Shown here: positions 62,001 to 64,000 of the stretch, in pieces
Numbering within the stretch: the stretch's first letter is position 1
Layout of the letters: the number at the start of each line of letters is the position of its first letter
Assembly (NCBI GenBank): GCA_977020255.1
Contig: CDROCS010003282.1
Span: forward strand, 186,001 to 250,000
Reading direction: 5' to 3'
Source: Obrimoposthia wandeli
Lineage: Eukaryota
DNA length: 64,000 nt
Position numbers and translations under genes: made by a program
The notes under the pieces: model-generated
Database searches by the model: none
Told to the model about the DNA's origin: nothing
The model's input: only the letters and a program-made list of their open reading frames with translations

Positions 62001-62194
62001 TATTTTAGTATATATGATTTTGCCACTGCAAATTCTTTTATATCAAAGTACAATTTAGCAATTTTATTAAATTGCTTAACATTCTAAACATACCTAAAAT
62101 ATCATTCTAAAATAAATATTACGTCATTATGATCTTTAGAAAGGGATAAAAGCTTCTTAACATGTTCATCTACATTAGCTTTAGACGAAAACAT
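56006..62194 (-). CDS. RANBP2: RanBP2/Nup358-like nucleoporin, complete 5-exon model (62194-62123, 62083-61515, 61087-60825, 60265-60029, 59904-56006), 1679 aa
   Basis: N-terminus MFSSKANVDEHV..AKLYFDIKEFAVAKSYI resembles vertebrate RanBP2 (MRRSKADVERY..AKLYYEAKEYDLAKKYI). All four introns are GT-AG with compatible phases, and exons sum to 5040 nt. TPR-like region, coiled coil, 3 zinc fingers, FG repeats, one C-terminal RanBD. Confidence 0.85.
56745..57260 (-). repeat. 165-bp FG coding repeat, 3 full units plus a partial
   Basis: 330 bp shorter than the left copy (mirror coordinate sum shifts from 58654 to 58324). Confidence 0.9.
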
Positions 62195-63689
62195 AAGTAA
62201 TTTTTATACAGAAATAAAATACAAATTTCCTACAAATGCATGTATATTAAAACAAAATTGAACAAAATTATCATATTAATCAGTTAACTTCTTCTTCTTC
62301 TTTAAGGCTATCAGCATATGCTATGTAGTCATCTGACGTATATATCTGTTATGACTTCTTTTTGTTGTTGTTGTATATATTTTATTTCATTTGGATTCAT
62401 TTTCATTTTGAATATTACTTTCTCCACTCATTGAACCTCTAAAACCATTTCACTAATTTTTTTATAATTCCACATCAACGTCTAGACTTGTCATTTGGTT
62501 TGCTTTAGCAAATATCAATAAATTATTTAGTTCATCGTTAAATTTGATTTATCTGGACCCATTAATGACGTGTGAGGATCTCTAATGCTTGTATAATTAG
62601 GGAAGTAAGTTTCGATGAGTAATTTATTCTGAACCAGATCTTGAAAAAATTTCCAAATTTCATCTGCATTCTTATAATTATTACTTTTAAGAGCCAATAT
62701 CCTGCGAAATATTTCTCTTTTTTTGTTAGCAATATGAAATTATTTTTTGAAAATTAACAAATGGTCCAATCTTCTGTTTTCAATTCAGCTTTTGAATTTA
62801 ATTTGTAATTTACACATTGATTTTGTTAATATAACATTTTAAATATCCACGTACAATCAAAAACTGTTAATTGATTTAAAATATGCAACGAGTATGAGAA
62901 TTTAAAGTTACTAAATGAAACTTCAGCGTCATAGTATTACTGTATTAAAAAAAATGACACCCTAATGTCCCGTATGTGTGAGAGGAAATAGAAAATAAAC
63001 TGAATATATATTAGACAATGAGTACAGAGAGTATATCGACAGGCAGCGAAGCAACCCCTCATTCTTAATATGGTTACGAGAATTCTGGTAATGCTAAAAT
63101 GTATAACAGATCCTTTTATAGCTAAAAACCGCTTCAAAACAATAAATACACAAAATTCTTCTAATTTTCAATTTATAAAATATAACCTAGTCAAAATTAG
63201 ATTTTTACTTAAAACTGGTTGATATTCAATATTTTTTTAAAATAAAATTATACACGTGGTCATTTCAAATTTTATATTTCCTTCAACTCCACAGCACTTT
63301 TGGAAGAAATTCTTACATATTATGTAGTTGTGTGGACCCCTTGACTTAATTAATGCTTTTTCATTATATTTTAAGTCATAACCTCTTTTATTCCTTAAAT
63401 AATTACAAATCACTGCCTTAGATAGTGTTTTTTCCTATCCACACTAATTCCATTAGAAAGGTACCTGTCAGTCCAGATACTTTGAGTATGCCCAGTCTTC
63501 GGTCACAATTTGCTGCAGACAACAGTTCTAACATTGAATTTTTTCAACCAGACGGCGGTTTGTAGACTGCACACAGATGTAACTAAAATGTACAGTTAAA
63601 AAATATTCCAATGTTTTGGTGAAAATTTTATTTTATTTTTAGCAACAGTGAAATCAAAATGTGCTGAGAAATATTATATTGCAAACTTC

Positions 63690-63915
63690 TGTAAATCAAA
63701 TTGTTCTGAATAAATCAAATTATTCTCTGTAAATCAAATTGTTCTGTAAATCAAATTGCTTGCTCTGAGAAATATTTTATTGTAAAATTCTGTAAATCAA
63801 ATTGTTAAACTTTTGTAAATCAAATTGTTAAACTTCTCTGTAAATCAAAATGTTTTCATGTAAATCAAATTGTTCTGTAAATCAAATTGTAAAATTTCTA
63901 TAAATCAAATTGTGT
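63690..63915. repeat. Degenerate short tandem repeat with core TAAATCAAATTGT, about 10 copies
   Basis: Core recurs mostly at 17-25-bp spacing. Confidence 0.85.
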
Positions 63916-64000
63916 CTGTAACTCTAGCACATATTCCACAATTCCATCTGTTATAAATGACCACTGCAACAAATAATATTTATTCGATAGATTCAATTCA

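Noticed and set aside
62300-63650. Possible exons or TE fragment upstream of RANBP2, including ORF 62937-63137
   Set aside because: No frame with a recognisable motif or consistent splice phases.

Overview
AT-rich genomic DNA from an animal (intron-containing Nup358 gene; taxon not determinable from sequence alone). The window is one large imperfect inverted duplication: left arm about 1-32967, right arm about 41484-58200, with an 8.5-kb spacer. Its outer ends carry two tail-to-tail copies of a compact RanBP2/Nup358-like nucleoporin gene: a partial copy at 1-2648 (+) and a complete 5-exon model at 56006-62194 (-). The copies differ in zinc-finger and FG repeat number, and everything between them is mobile-element derived. 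The standout is a young 14.8-kb Ty3/Gypsy LTR element (5979-20823, near-identical LTRs, TAAC target-site duplication, empty site visible in the other arm) with an unusual layout. In order it has gag, a chuvirus-type fusion glycoprotein placed between gag and protease (its membrane anchor is in frame with protease/RT), PR-RT-RH-IN, a second signal-peptide/FN3-like/TM protein, a small coiled-coil ORF and a REX4/ISG20-like DEDDh exonuclease. This copy has several stops and frameshifts. Also present are a solo LTR, remnants of related LTR families, and TIR-bounded Polinton/Maverick-like elements with decayed protein-primed PolB genes, one of which appears to contain a spliceosomal intron. All family assignments are by-eye motif recognition; no database search was run.
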